Virus record (IMG/VR): IMGVR_UViG_3300042196_000173
Coordinates: 1 to 39,314 of that record
Origin: a virus
Taxonomy: Duplodnaviria; Caudoviricetes
Length of the DNA: 39,314 nt
Strand: one strand, 5' to 3'
Of the stretch, positions 8,074-17,655 are shown piece after piece. The notes beneath the pieces are model-generated. The model searched no databases. It had not been told where the DNA came from and worked only from the letters and a program-made list of their open reading frames with translations. Position numbers and translations under genes: made by a program. How positions within the stretch are numbered: position 1 is the stretch's first letter; each line of letters starts with the position of its first letter.

Positions 8074-9344
8074 TACTGTACCCTCTCGACCTTCAAAACT
8101 TTACCGCCCTGAAATGTCGCCCCAACAGGTGGGACCTGACCTTGTCTGCCAATTGCCTTAAATCTTTCTGATAACTCTTGACCATGTGGTGAAATTATCT
8201 GACGTTGAGAAGGAAGTCCACCCATTACATTGCGTTGTTGGTATTGCAATGCTTGGAGACGTGAATTGAGAAGTTCGTTAATTTGTTGAATAGCTCCCTG
8301 AGCCTGATTAGGCGTTAAATCCTGGCTTAAAACACTCATCCATTTTCCGATTTCCTGATCAGTTCCAGCCGTTCCCTTAAAGACAGTTGCCAGTTCTCCG
8401 CCTAGAGCGTTCAGAGTAGCTTGCAATCTGATAATGTTAGGGTCGTTAGTCTGAGCCCTTAATTTATTAAGAGGAACATTTAAAAATCTTTCATTGGTAT
8501 TAGCTACACGCTGATAGGAATCCAAAGCTGAATTGGCATGACCTAATGCTGTATTGAGAGAAAGTGCATTGAGTCCGAGTTTCCCAGTCGCTAAACTTTT
8601 TGCCATTGTTTCATTAACCTTCGTCGCATATGATTGGAACGGTTCTTTTTTTCCAAGTTGCTTAGGGACTTGATTCGCTAACCGTGTTGCAACTGTCCTA
8701 TCTCTGAAACTTAACGTCCAAGGATCGATCCTTCCTTCATACATCCCAATAGCCAAATCTCTGTCATCCTGAGATGCAGTGTCCCATGTTACCTGTCCTT
8801 TCTCTGTACCGCCAACGTCGGTAGGACTTCCACGACTTACCAACTGTTGTAACCGTTGCATCCGCAGACGTTCCATGGGGTCGTTCTGTTTCATATAGGA
8901 AGCAATCGCCGTTTGCGGGTCTAACTGCATCATCAAAGCTTGAATTTGACGGGTATTGTCACGCGCTGGGCCTCCCATTCCAGAAACAGGTTGACCTGGC
9001 CCCTGCGTAGGGATCGGCTGAGGCATCTGAACATCCTGTCCGATATTTCCACCTGCTGACATGGGTTGACCTGGAGGGACTTGATACATGGACTGTTGTT
9101 GAGGTGTCCCAGCCGGAGGAAGCGGCGGACCTTGCTGAGGGTCGCCCTGCGTGGTCATCTGCTGAATAAGTTGCTGGAGGATTTGCTGTCTTTTTTTCTG
9201 TTGGATCGCCTCGCCAATTCCCGCCAATCCCTGCCCTAACCCGTATCCAAGACCCGCAATATCCTGGTTCATCTGTTGGCGGTTACGATTTTTCTCCTGT
9301 GCCGCCTGCATGAACATTTCCCACGGGAACGATAAATCAGCCAC
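8073..9344 (-). CDS. Putative ejection (internal virion) protein
   Basis: Gln/Pro/Gly-rich low-complexity N-half and helical C-half; coupled to neighbours. Confidence 0.6.
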   Translation of the reverse strand: MADLSFPWEMFMQAAQEKNRNRQQMNQDIAGLGYGLGQGLAGIGEAIQQKKRQQILQQLIQQMTTQGDPQQGPPLPPAGTPQQQSMYQVPPGQPMSAGGNIGQDVQMPQPIPTQGPGQPVSGMGGPARDNTRQIQALMMQLDPQTAIASYMKQNDPMERLRMQRLQQLVSRGSPTDVGGTEKGQVTWDTASQDDRDLAIGMYEGRIDPWTLSFRDRTVATRLANQVPKQLGKKEPFQSYATKVNETMAKSLATGKLGLNALSLNTALGHANSALDSYQRVANTNERFLNVPLNKLRAQTNDPNIIRLQATLNALGGELATVFKGTAGTDQEIGKWMSVLSQDLTPNQAQGAIQQINELLNSRLQALQYQQRNVMGGLPSQRQIISPHGQELSERFKAIGRQGQVPPVGATFQGGKVLKVERVQ

Positions 9345-9924
9345 CGAATCCTCCTACACCCATCCGAGCCCCTGGCCTCAACTCAGGAAACATCTGGTAG
9401 ATCTTTTGGATGGCATTCGCTTGCTGGGAGGCAGGAGCCTGGGCCTGTCCACCCCCTTGCGGCATCATCCGCATATATTGGAGAGCCTTGGAAACAGAAC
9501 TAGGGCCTGCCCCTGACATCGGGTTAAGCGGAGAGGACATCCCCCCAGGTCCCGTAGTAGAACCCGCCATTCCCATATTAGGTGATGACATACCCGATGC
9601 ACCATAAGAACCACCAGGACCTCCAAACATACCCCCAGGAGCCCCTGCAAAATGACCAATTCCTCCAGCCCCTAATCCAGAACCGAAATTTATTCCTCCA
9701 CCCTTTAGAGAATAGGGATCAGTTGTTCCTGTTCCAGAAAGTCCCGCTCCCGTAGCGGCTCCCATACCAGCCCCAATCGGCCCTCCTGTAATGAATCCCC
9801 CAACACCACCTTCCAGACCTCCTGTAGACGTTCTTCCTAATTGATTTTTGCGACCGATAACCTCAGAAAGACCCCCTGTCGGAACAGCAAAAAGTCCTCT
9901 TAAACCTTCCTCCCACCAACTCAT
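9337..9924 (-). CDS. Gly-rich putative ejection/pilot protein
   Basis: Glycine-zipper-like GGVGGFITGGPIGAGMGAATGAG; position among ejection genes. Confidence 0.6.
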   Translation of the reverse strand: MSWWEEGLRGLFAVPTGGLSEVIGRKNQLGRTSTGGLEGGVGGFITGGPIGAGMGAATGAGLSGTGTTDPYSLKGGGINFGSGLGAGGIGHFAGAPGGMFGGPGGSYGASGMSSPNMGMAGSTTGPGGMSSPLNPMSGAGPSSVSKALQYMRMMPQGGGQAQAPASQQANAIQKIYQMFPELRPGARMGVGGFGG

Positions 9925-11156
9925 GTATGTTTCTCCATAGGGTTGTCGTAGAAAAGCATAAACTTTACGCGGAGATCATGTTTCACCTTTTTAGCCAGCA
10001 TCCAGAACGATTCCTCGTAAAGATCAACTGCTTTGACTGGATCAGATTCGGAAATTACTCTGTCATAAAACAGGGTACGCCATGCATCCCAATCCGTGTG
10101 AACAAATTCAGCGGCCAAGACTACAAATTTTCCAATAACAAAATACTCAAAGAACTTCCAGAACCGCTTAAAGAACGCCTGAAACAGGTGGTCGTGAAGC
10201 CTTTTGACTTCATACTTCCCAAGTACCTGATGTTTCGCCATCGCTGTACAAATCCAAGTAGCTTTGTAGGCTTGGGCCCCACCACTTAAAAGACTACCCA
10301 GCCCTTGCGCAGAACCCGTAGCCATCCCTAACATACCTTGCGCCCCAGATGGATTTCCCGTCTCCGCCAACTGTTTGGCTAACAGCTCCTGCATGGCAAA
10401 ATCAATGTATTTGTTCGCGCTGGACGCTGATTGTCCCGTATACTGGTTTCCTAGTCCTTGCATCCCGCCGTACTGCCCTAACCCGTACTGCATGGCCTCT
10501 CCTGGTATTCCCAGCATCGTCCCCTGGTTCGGAATAGAGTAACCGCTTAGAATAGACTGCTGAAAAGGAATAGTTTGGTTGGCCACCGCACTTCCTAAGC
10601 CTGACTGAAACGCCCCCGATCCCGGCGAGATTCCAAGATTGTTGAATTGCCCCAAAAGCTGCTGTCCCGCCTGACCTGAAGGCGAATACTCTTGGGCGAT
10701 TTGACTTGGAATACCGGAAACCTGAGCCTGTAAATTCTGAAGGTTCTTGCTGTAGAGGTCCTGCGTCTGTTGAAGCTGTTTATTAAATAAGTCCGACGCA
10801 TTTTTCTGCTGAAAGCTTTGTACATCGCCGGAATAAGCCGTTGGAACGTAACTTTGGGCCATTGTTTGCAATTCGGAGCCTGTTAATGGATTCCATCCCT
10901 CCGGGTGCGCCTGTTCCGTATAGGAAGGGATCACCTCGTTTTTTAAGAAACTGTTAATTTCATCCACCGTAGGAGCCCGTCCTGTTTGCTGTTGGAAAAC
11001 ATTGGAAAATTTGTTCCCCGCTGTATTCAAGAACCCGGGAGTCGTATTCGGACCCCAATACCAATTAGTCCCGGGTCCCCCTCGATAACCTTGGAACGCC
11101 TGCATGAGTTGTTGGTAATCTGGGTCTTGTGTCACATCAAAATTAGACGTTGGCAT
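9921..11156 (-). CDS. Putative ejection protein with a distinct C-terminal domain
   Basis: Gln/Gly-rich body, GMATGSAQGLGSLLSGG segment, then an aromatic domain beginning WICTAM. Confidence 0.6.
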   Translation of the reverse strand: MPTSNFDVTQDPDYQQLMQAFQGYRGGPGTNWYWGPNTTPGFLNTAGNKFSNVFQQQTGRAPTVDEINSFLKNEVIPSYTEQAHPEGWNPLTGSELQTMAQSYVPTAYSGDVQSFQQKNASDLFNKQLQQTQDLYSKNLQNLQAQVSGIPSQIAQEYSPSGQAGQQLLGQFNNLGISPGSGAFQSGLGSAVANQTIPFQQSILSGYSIPNQGTMLGIPGEAMQYGLGQYGGMQGLGNQYTGQSASSANKYIDFAMQELLAKQLAETGNPSGAQGMLGMATGSAQGLGSLLSGGAQAYKATWICTAMAKHQVLGKYEVKRLHDHLFQAFFKRFWKFFEYFVIGKFVVLAAEFVHTDWDAWRTLFYDRVISESDPVKAVDLYEESFWMLAKKVKHDLRVKFMLFYDNPMEKHT

Positions 11157-11167
11157 AAGATTCTCCT

Positions 11168-12286
11168 CTACAGTTCTGCATCCGCCGTGAAATGTCCCTC
11201 TCCGAAAGTGTCCGTGCTTATTCCGTCAACTACTAGGCAGCCATTGGTCGAATTGTTTCCATTGGTAACAGTCGTTATTCCCCCGCTCATGTCCCAGCTT
11301 CCTGCGGTCCCGGTAAATGTATAGAAAATGACCGTCGGAGCAACTCGTTTTGTAACATGGTAAGGAATCCATCCGACAACATTGCTACCACTTACGTTAA
11401 ATGGAAGTGATATTCTATTAGTCGTTGTACTGGTAGCTGGAACTGTCGAAATATCGTAACTTTTCTCATAATATCTCTGACACAATGCCAGGTCTTCACC
11501 AAATGGGCGAGGAAAATAATCAACATAGATAGAATTCACGACCGCCATAGCTGAGTCAATGTAAACAATTCCTAGTGGCGGCGCTGAAGGAGAATAATAA
11601 TTGTAAAAATAAAGAAATGCAGGAGTTGCCGAAATGGTCTTGGTCACTGTTAATTGCTGCCAATTTCCGTCTCCTGCATGAGCAGAGGACTGCGTTATTG
11701 ATCCGTCATTAATTCCGATCCGAATTCCCGACAAAGATGTTTTTACCCATTGAGAAAATGTGACGGTTTTTCCTGCATAATCCAGATAGTTTTCAACCTT
11801 TTGCACAATACCCAAACTTGTTGCAGTTCCGATATTAGTAATGTCTATTTTTGCCGCGTATGTTCCATCATGAATAGTGGTTGATTCACGCGATATAACG
11901 CAAGCACTTGATCCAGACATTCCCTCATAAAATAAGCGGTCTGCCGTAAAAGTTCCCGCCGTACTCAAACTAAAACTCGTCCCCCTTTGCCAGATTTCAA
12001 AACCGCCATTGATAAGAATATTGGAGTAACCTGCCGAGCCCTGCACCTGGCCAAAAGTTGCGGAATCTCCTGAAGCTGTTCCATTCCCCAAACCAGTTAA
12101 TTTAAATCCCCCCATCACCGCATTTCCACTGAGAGTAAGAGTAGTCACTTTCACATTATCCCAGGTGGTCGTTCCCGCATCTACATTGTTAATCAAGTTG
12201 ATGATATTATTGAATTCAGAATTCAAAGCCGAGGATGTCAGAATTTGATTAGTTGCCCACGTTGTAATCCGGTTAATAAATGACAT
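11168..12286 (-). CDS. Tail fibre with N-terminal anchor and carbohydrate-binding-like module
   Basis: LNSEFNNI anchor; MGGFKLTGLGNGTASGDSAT shaft; NILINGGFEIWQRGTS ... DLALCQRYYEKSY ... HFTADAEL are common fibre motifs; no signal peptide. Confidence 0.8.
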   Translation of the reverse strand: MSFINRITTWATNQILTSSALNSEFNNIINLINNVDAGTTTWDNVKVTTLTLSGNAVMGGFKLTGLGNGTASGDSATFGQVQGSAGYSNILINGGFEIWQRGTSFSLSTAGTFTADRLFYEGMSGSSACVISRESTTIHDGTYAAKIDITNIGTATSLGIVQKVENYLDYAGKTVTFSQWVKTSLSGIRIGINDGSITQSSAHAGDGNWQQLTVTKTISATPAFLYFYNYYSPSAPPLGIVYIDSAMAVVNSIYVDYFPRPFGEDLALCQRYYEKSYDISTVPATSTTTNRISLPFNVSGSNVVGWIPYHVTKRVAPTVIFYTFTGTAGSWDMSGGITTVTNGNNSTNGCLVVDGISTDTFGEGHFTADAEL

Positions 12287-12301
12287 GCAATTTCTCCATT
12301 C

Positions 12302-14026
12302 TTATAAACAAGTCGCCGTTCTATCACTAGGACGAACAAAAGAATGAATAGTCCCCGTAGAAATGCAGATTGCATCCGTCGTGCAATCCGAGCAGGGAAT
12401 AATCCATCCTGGAGTCGTCGTCCATCCTTGCATCGTTGCTAAACTCGCGGGGGTTACAACCAGCATACCCGCTGTAAACTGTCCTGAAACAGTTCCCGAA
12501 GAAGCGGTCAGCGTCGGCGTGTTAAGGGGAGTCGTCACATTCAATATGCCGACATCGTTATAAAGGGTAGAATCCGCGCCTGACACCTGATGCGTGATGA
12601 CAAAATCGCCTCCATCGCCTATCTGCAATGCGGTTCCTACACCTGCATTGACTGTTACTGAACTTGTAAATGTTTTTGAAGCCGTAATTGTTTGCGTTGA
12701 ATTGAGTAAATCAACATTGGAAGACAAATTAGAATCTGACAACGTGCCGACAACGCTCGATGAAAGACTTATATTAGAAACTGTGACTGTTGTTCCCAAT
12801 ATTTGCATGGGTCCATCAGGCAATGACGGGTAAATTGCTGTATAGACCGTCGTGCTATCCACGTGAAGATTCATAGAATTTACGTTGTTGTGGTCCCCAA
12901 TAAAAGCCTGCTGCGAACCCCCTGATCCAGTAATTCCACTGCCAATGAGTATCTGACTGCTTGCAGACGGTCTATTTAAGTACCCTATTGCAATGGATGT
13001 ATTGATAGTGGGAGTCGTAGAATAGGTATTAAAACCAATGAAACTGTTGTAATTTCCAGTAGTGTTGTAATACCCTGCCGAGGTTCCGATAAATAGATTT
13101 CCTGTACCTGATGTCGTGTTGAAACCTGCTGATGATCCTACAGCGTAATTGTCAGTTGCCAAAGCGGAATTCATGCTGTTCAAGCAACTGGTTCCGAGAC
13201 AGGCATTTCCATTGCCATTGGTTGCATCCTGCATACAGGAAACCCCAAAACAGGAGTTAAAATTTCCCTGCATGGAGGGCATGGCACTTGAACCCATAGT
13301 TGTATTGGCTTGACCCGCCGTCAGATTGGCCAGCGCATGATCACCGAAGGCCGTATTGTCTTTTCCTATCGTGTCGCTTCTCAGGGCATAATCTCCAAAC
13401 GCCGTATCATCTTCATTGGCCGTTTTACTGATACAAGCATCGTACCCCATACATAAAGTATTCTGATAGGGGTGGCTTATAAAGACACCATCACCCGCAT
13501 CGGTCGCAATCAAAAAATTCCTTTGAACGCCTATATTTGGAGCCGTCATCATTACACCATTAGTCGAATAATGAACCAGAGGCAAACTAACCGTACCATT
13601 GACATCTAACGGATAATTAGATGCCAGTTGATTAATCCCCACATACCCATTACTCGAAACAAATAAAGGAATACCTAACAATGCGCCTGTAGAACTGTAA
13701 TGCTCCATTTGAAAACTGTTGCTACTGACTTGATTGCACGTAAACTGCCATCCCGATGCTGTCGGATCATAAATAGAACCCGTAAACGTGTTACGGTTAA
13801 ACCCAATTGCAGGAACTCTTGTATTTTCAGAAATCCCGATTGATTGAATGAAATTTGCAGTAACACTTGTGCTCGTGGAACCTCCAGACACCGTTCCGGT
13901 AGTGACCAGAATTGCATTATTGCTGGCAGGAAGTCCCTCCATAATGGCCCGCGCTCCCCATACGGGAATCCCTGCTAAAATAAACAGGAGACTAAGAAAA
14001 TTGCGTAGAAGTAATCGCCCCGTCAT
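12302..14026 (-). CDS. Signal-peptide-bearing tail fibre/adhesin with YadA-head-like beta-roll repeats (574 aa)
   Basis: GGAG 6 nt before ATG 14026; MTGRLLLRNFLSLLFILAGIPVWG|ARA; NGYVGIN..LDVNG shaft; ~14-aa repeats TAFG..AL, NYAVG, NLFIG, NSFIG; C-terminal CSDCTTDAICISTGT. Confidence 0.75.
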   Translation of the reverse strand: MTGRLLLRNFLSLLFILAGIPVWGARAIMEGLPASNNAILVTTGTVSGGSTSTSVTANFIQSIGISENTRVPAIGFNRNTFTGSIYDPTASGWQFTCNQVSSNSFQMEHYSSTGALLGIPLFVSSNGYVGINQLASNYPLDVNGTVSLPLVHYSTNGVMMTAPNIGVQRNFLIATDAGDGVFISHPYQNTLCMGYDACISKTANEDDTAFGDYALRSDTIGKDNTAFGDHALANLTAGQANTTMGSSAMPSMQGNFNSCFGVSCMQDATNGNGNACLGTSCLNSMNSALATDNYAVGSSAGFNTTSGTGNLFIGTSAGYYNTTGNYNSFIGFNTYSTTPTINTSIAIGYLNRPSASSQILIGSGITGSGGSQQAFIGDHNNVNSMNLHVDSTTVYTAIYPSLPDGPMQILGTTVTVSNISLSSSVVGTLSDSNLSSNVDLLNSTQTITASKTFTSSVTVNAGVGTALQIGDGGDFVITHQVSGADSTLYNDVGILNVTTPLNTPTLTASSGTVSGQFTAGMLVVTPASLATMQGWTTTPGWIIPCSDCTTDAICISTGTIHSFVRPSDRTATCL

Positions 14027-14213
14027 TATCGACTCCAATTAAATAGGTGTGCAGACCGTCCGGTGTCGTGACCAAAATTCCCGTTGGAAATGACAATAAC
14101 CCTGAATTCACGTTATTTAAAACATTCGTCAAATTATCAAACTCCCGGTTGAGGCTGAAGGGCGTCACGGATTCCTTGCTTGTCCAGTGTGTTAATCTCT
14201 GGAAGTTAGGCAT
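13992..14213 (-). CDS. 73-aa mini-fibre/adaptor: fibre anchor plus short beta module
   Basis: N-terminus paralogous to 11168-12286; C-terminal GILVTTPDG..YLIGVDNDGAITST; start overlaps the nozzle stop. Confidence 0.7.
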   Translation of the reverse strand: MPNFQRLTHWTSKESVTPFSLNREFDNLTNVLNNVNSGLLSFPTGILVTTPDGLHTYLIGVDNDGAITSTQFS

Positions 14214-15748
14214 CAGACCATGATCTCCTCGCTCAGATAGACGGGATGCACCCTGAAACTTTGCGATGCTTGGTCGTTTCGGAATTGCATCTGAATAGAA
14301 AATACACTCCCTGCATTTACCAGAAGCGTTTGATCGCGCAAGGTAGTAGAGCCTGCCAACCGGCTAACATCAAGCGTGAATTCACTATCCAAGTCAGCTC
14401 CTCCCTGGGCCTGCGTCAGAGAGGTACTATAGGACACATCAGTCAACCCGTTATACCCGTAGCTGAATGTCAACTGACCGAGGGTTTCAGATTCCAGAGG
14501 GATGATCGCAGACCGTGGGAACACCTGTTTTTGATCGGGGTTAAGAAGCACCGAGATGGTCCCGTAACCATCAATCGTCCCCCCTGAAACAGACGCATCC
14601 GTGGTTCCAATGTCCTGCTCAAAAACTTCCCCCGCGTAGTCACCCGTGACCATCAAAATAGAATGGTCCGGGGTGGTCCTGGTATCAATAACCGGTTCCA
14701 GGATATTCGCATTGATATTGATAAATTTCGATACCCAAATGTTCACCTGATAGTCGTAGACCAGTACCGTGTCATGGGTCGTCGCCGATGCTGAGGACAT
14801 GGAAATCCACACTTGGTTTCTTGTCGGATAAACCCTGACCACGGAAAAAGGAAGTCGTGAAATGTTCATGCTGTCTAAAACTGTTTGGATATTGGATCCT
14901 GTGCGCGGGTCTGAGACATCATTCACGGAGGCCCCGTCATAGATATAAACATGGTTATTGGTCCCAAGAAACACAATCCTTCCATCAGGCAGAAGGTCCA
15001 CGCAATGTCTCCCCGAACATCCATTTCCGACAATCAACTGCGACAGGGGAGCCAGCGTCACCGTCCCTGATACCGAGACCGACTGCGTAAAAAGAACCCC
15101 GATGGATTGCTGCTTAAAAATGTAGATATTTTGGTCCTTTTCAAGGAGGGCCGTCACCTTGTCGCCATCGGAAGCGCGGAATTCTATAAAGGAAGCCGCC
15201 GGCCACGTATTCGGGTCTGACACGTTGGACCAGTAAACACGCGAAGGTGTCGCCGCAATGCCTGAGATAAACATGAAGTTGTTTGCCACCGCCACAATGT
15301 TCCCCACCGGAGGGCTCCCCGCCAGGGCCGACACATTCCCGGTCCCCGTCCATTGAAGCGGCGTATCGGGAGTGGCCCCCCCGCAAATGGCCACGATATT
15401 GTTGAGACTGGCGAAGGTGTGCTGGTTATTCTGTCCTGCCGTGATCGTGGCACTGCCTGTGATGTCATTAAAAGTGGTGGAGAGATTGGCAGAGTTGTAT
15501 ATCTTCGTTCCTGCCGTCACCAGAAGGTAGCGAGTCCCCGAATTGATGCGCCAATCAAAAATACCATGGATAGCGGCCCCAGAAGCCAAGGGCGAGGCAT
15601 TTAAAATGACGCTACCATTACGCTTAACGAGGTCATTGTGGACGATATTCACATTCTGGGAATCGGTTAATGAGTTAGACGGAAGCGTCCAGGAGCTTTC
15701 CTTGGTGTTCCACCCGCCAATAAATCCAAAAGGTCCCAAAGGAGGCAT
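14213..15748 (-). CDS. Tail nozzle / DNA-stabilisation protein (P22 gp10 / tail tubular B-like)
   Basis: GGWNT..NV..LVKRNG N-terminus; RVYWSNVSDPNTW; beta-propeller-like; follows the adaptor. Confidence 0.75.
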   Translation of the reverse strand: MPPLGPFGFIGGWNTKESSWTLPSNSLTDSQNVNIVHNDLVKRNGSVILNASPLASGAAIHGIFDWRINSGTRYLLVTAGTKIYNSANLSTTFNDITGSATITAGQNNQHTFASLNNIVAICGGATPDTPLQWTGTGNVSALAGSPPVGNIVAVANNFMFISGIAATPSRVYWSNVSDPNTWPAASFIEFRASDGDKVTALLEKDQNIYIFKQQSIGVLFTQSVSVSGTVTLAPLSQLIVGNGCSGRHCVDLLPDGRIVFLGTNNHVYIYDGASVNDVSDPRTGSNIQTVLDSMNISRLPFSVVRVYPTRNQVWISMSSASATTHDTVLVYDYQVNIWVSKFININANILEPVIDTRTTPDHSILMVTGDYAGEVFEQDIGTTDASVSGGTIDGYGTISVLLNPDQKQVFPRSAIIPLESETLGQLTFSYGYNGLTDVSYSTSLTQAQGGADLDSEFTLDVSRLAGSTTLRDQTLLVNAGSVFSIQMQFRNDQASQSFRVHPVYLSEEIMV

Positions 15749-16669
15749 TTAGTTTCCTGTCACAATCGGATAATTTGAAGGGAACTGAATCCAGCGACTC
15801 CGGGAGATGCTGTCAATCGACCCCAAAATCGGTTGATAATCAGTGGCCTGATGGTACTCTTTCATCATTCCCGCCACACGTGACTCAAACTTCGCATTCC
15901 AGGAATTCGCAATGTCGAATTTCCGAAGGAAGGCAAACCCAACCGCCGTAGCGCCGAAAATAATAACTTGGACATACTTATTGGGAATGCTTGGGAGGTC
16001 TGTTGAATTCACCATATCCACAGGACGCTTTTTAGTGCGAAACTCAAAAAGGCGGGCATCGGTTGGAAAGGGATACGGCATAAACACCTGATTTCCAGAG
16101 GAATCCACGCCAAACATCATGTAGGCATACGGGGCATTGGTGGATTCGACAAGAGGATTAATTAAATCGATGGTTCGGAAGTCACACTGGATGAGTTTTA
16201 TAGGCGTGTTCCAGTTTCGGACATCAATAATCTCATCGGCTGTGGAAGAAAGACTGTAAAAGAACTTACGAAGCGTGTAAGTCAGTCCAGAGGCATTGGT
16301 AGTTGGCGCATAGGCTGTCCCAAGCGTCAGAGCGGTGGCACTTACCTGGGCAGAAACTTTATACCAGTCATTGGCACTTGAAATCTGAATAAAATAGGTT
16401 CCATCACCCTGCGTGGAGGTAAAAGTTGTTCCAGAGCCGGTTAGAGATGTACTTCCTGAAGCAACGGAAACCGTTCCGGTCTGATAGTCAGGAACCGTAA
16501 CAATTGTTTCCCGACCCGACATGAACGACCACGGCCAACGGGCGCAAAGGTCCTGCTGGACATAATTTATCCAGCGGTTTACGTTGGTTTGGTTGGCTGC
16601 GTCTGAAGAATCAAGACCGGTGTGAGCGTAAACGTCATTTTGGATGTCTGCAAACGTCAAATTTGCCAA
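15749..16669 (-). CDS. Head-tail adaptor (tail tubular A-like) with inserted beta domain
   Basis: LTFADIQNDV..RWINYVQ..WPWSF; PYPFP; PSIPNKY..IIFGA; insert GTVSVASGSTSLTGSGTTF. Confidence 0.75.
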   Translation of the reverse strand: MANLTFADIQNDVYAHTGLDSSDAANQTNVNRWINYVQQDLCARWPWSFMSGRETIVTVPDYQTGTVSVASGSTSLTGSGTTFTSTQGDGTYFIQISSANDWYKVSAQVSATALTLGTAYAPTTNASGLTYTLRKFFYSLSSTADEIIDVRNWNTPIKLIQCDFRTIDLINPLVESTNAPYAYMMFGVDSSGNQVFMPYPFPTDARLFEFRTKKRPVDMVNSTDLPSIPNKYVQVIIFGATAVGFAFLRKFDIANSWNAKFESRVAGMMKEYHQATDYQPILGSIDSISRSRWIQFPSNYPIVTGN

Positions 16670-16693
16670 GGGGATGACCCCCCTTTCTACCCC

Positions 16694-16999
16694 TTACGTC
16701 AAAACCTGACGAGCCCAGGTGGTCGCCTTGGACACATTGGCGTCAAAACTGACAAACAACCCATTGGGGAATACCAGGCCCACACCGGGATTTTCTTGTG
16801 TCCACGCGCTCGCCGTTCCCGTGATGGCATACACGAAAGTCCCCAAACTGGAAGTCCCATCAAAAAGAGAAAGCGTCCCTGCGCTTCCCCCCGACAAAAA
16901 GGCGGCTTTGTAGAGCGCTTGAGGCTTTCCTGAAGTATTGGCGACCCCTGAGGATGCGTACACCTGATAACTGACTTCTGGACCATATTGAAAATACAT
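16694..16999 (-). CDS. Small beta-rich virion protein
   Basis: LSLFDG..GLVFPNGLFV pattern; position before the adaptor. Confidence 0.55.
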   Translation of the reverse strand: MYFQYGPEVSYQVYASSGVANTSGKPQALYKAAFLSGGSAGTLSLFDGTSSLGTFVYAITGTASAWTQENPGVGLVFPNGLFVSFDANVSKATTWARQVLT

Positions 17000-17655
17000 T
17001 AAACTCCCACCTTCTCTTTCTTGGGATGCTTTTTCATCGTGTGCATCCGTATACCCTGCTGGCTGGCATTGTGATAATCACATTTCTCACACTTAAATTC
17101 TGACCCCTCCAAACTAGATGGTTCCTGCGGCACGGGAACCTGAACAGGAACCTCCTGCATTCGCACAGGGGCATACTTCGTCAAATCCACAAAAGGGACA
17201 GGTGCAGGACGAAGCTCCAGGCTCCCACGGCTATTGCGAATAGGGGTATAGGTATCAAAGGCCGAGCGTTCATCCTTAGCGCAGACCACTGGTACAGGAA
17301 TCCGTTCATTGCGAGGAATTGTTTCCTCTATATATCGCTCCACGTCATCCCACATCTGCCGTCCTGGTTCAGTGTTGTAGTCAATTTTAAATCCAAGCAC
17401 TTGTCGCCTCTCAACCACCTCTTTGGCTCCCGCCTGAATGGGAGGATAACGAAAAGTCAGGTACATCGGCTCGCAGAGATGACGTATCTCATGCGGGATA
17501 TTGGCGTCCACATCGGGTTCCCAGGGTTTCTTAAGTTCTTTTCCCTCTGGGACATCACGAAAAAACCACTCGTCAGGAAGGCCTTTGATGGAAATCAGCT
17601 TATCGATCCTTTTCGGATTATTATTAAAATGATCAACAATTCTCAGCAAAGGCAT
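16999..17655 (-). CDS. Hypothetical protein with C-terminal C2H2 zinc finger
   Basis: FKCEKCDY..GIRMHTMKKH; TAAGGGGG SD-like sequence. Confidence 0.65.
   Translation of the reverse strand: MPLLRIVDHFNNNPKRIDKLISIKGLPDEWFFRDVPEGKELKKPWEPDVDANIPHEIRHLCEPMYLTFRYPPIQAGAKEVVERRQVLGFKIDYNTEPGRQMWDDVERYIEETIPRNERIPVPVVCAKDERSAFDTYTPIRNSRGSLELRPAPVPFVDLTKYAPVRMQEVPVQVPVPQEPSSLEGSEFKCEKCDYHNASQQGIRMHTMKKHPKKEKVGV

Noticed and set aside
3075-14026. Diversity-generating retroelement acting on fibres
   Set aside because: No reverse transcriptase and no template/variable repeat pair with adenine-specific differences was seen. The 36574/38808 repeat differs at synonymous sites of all bases.
13992-14041. 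Programmed frameshift fusing the 73-aa anchor to the 574-aa fibre
   Set aside because: No clear slippery heptamer is present. The downstream ORF has its own GGAG SD and ATG, and a fusion would bury a hydrophobic signal-like segment. Not formally excluded.
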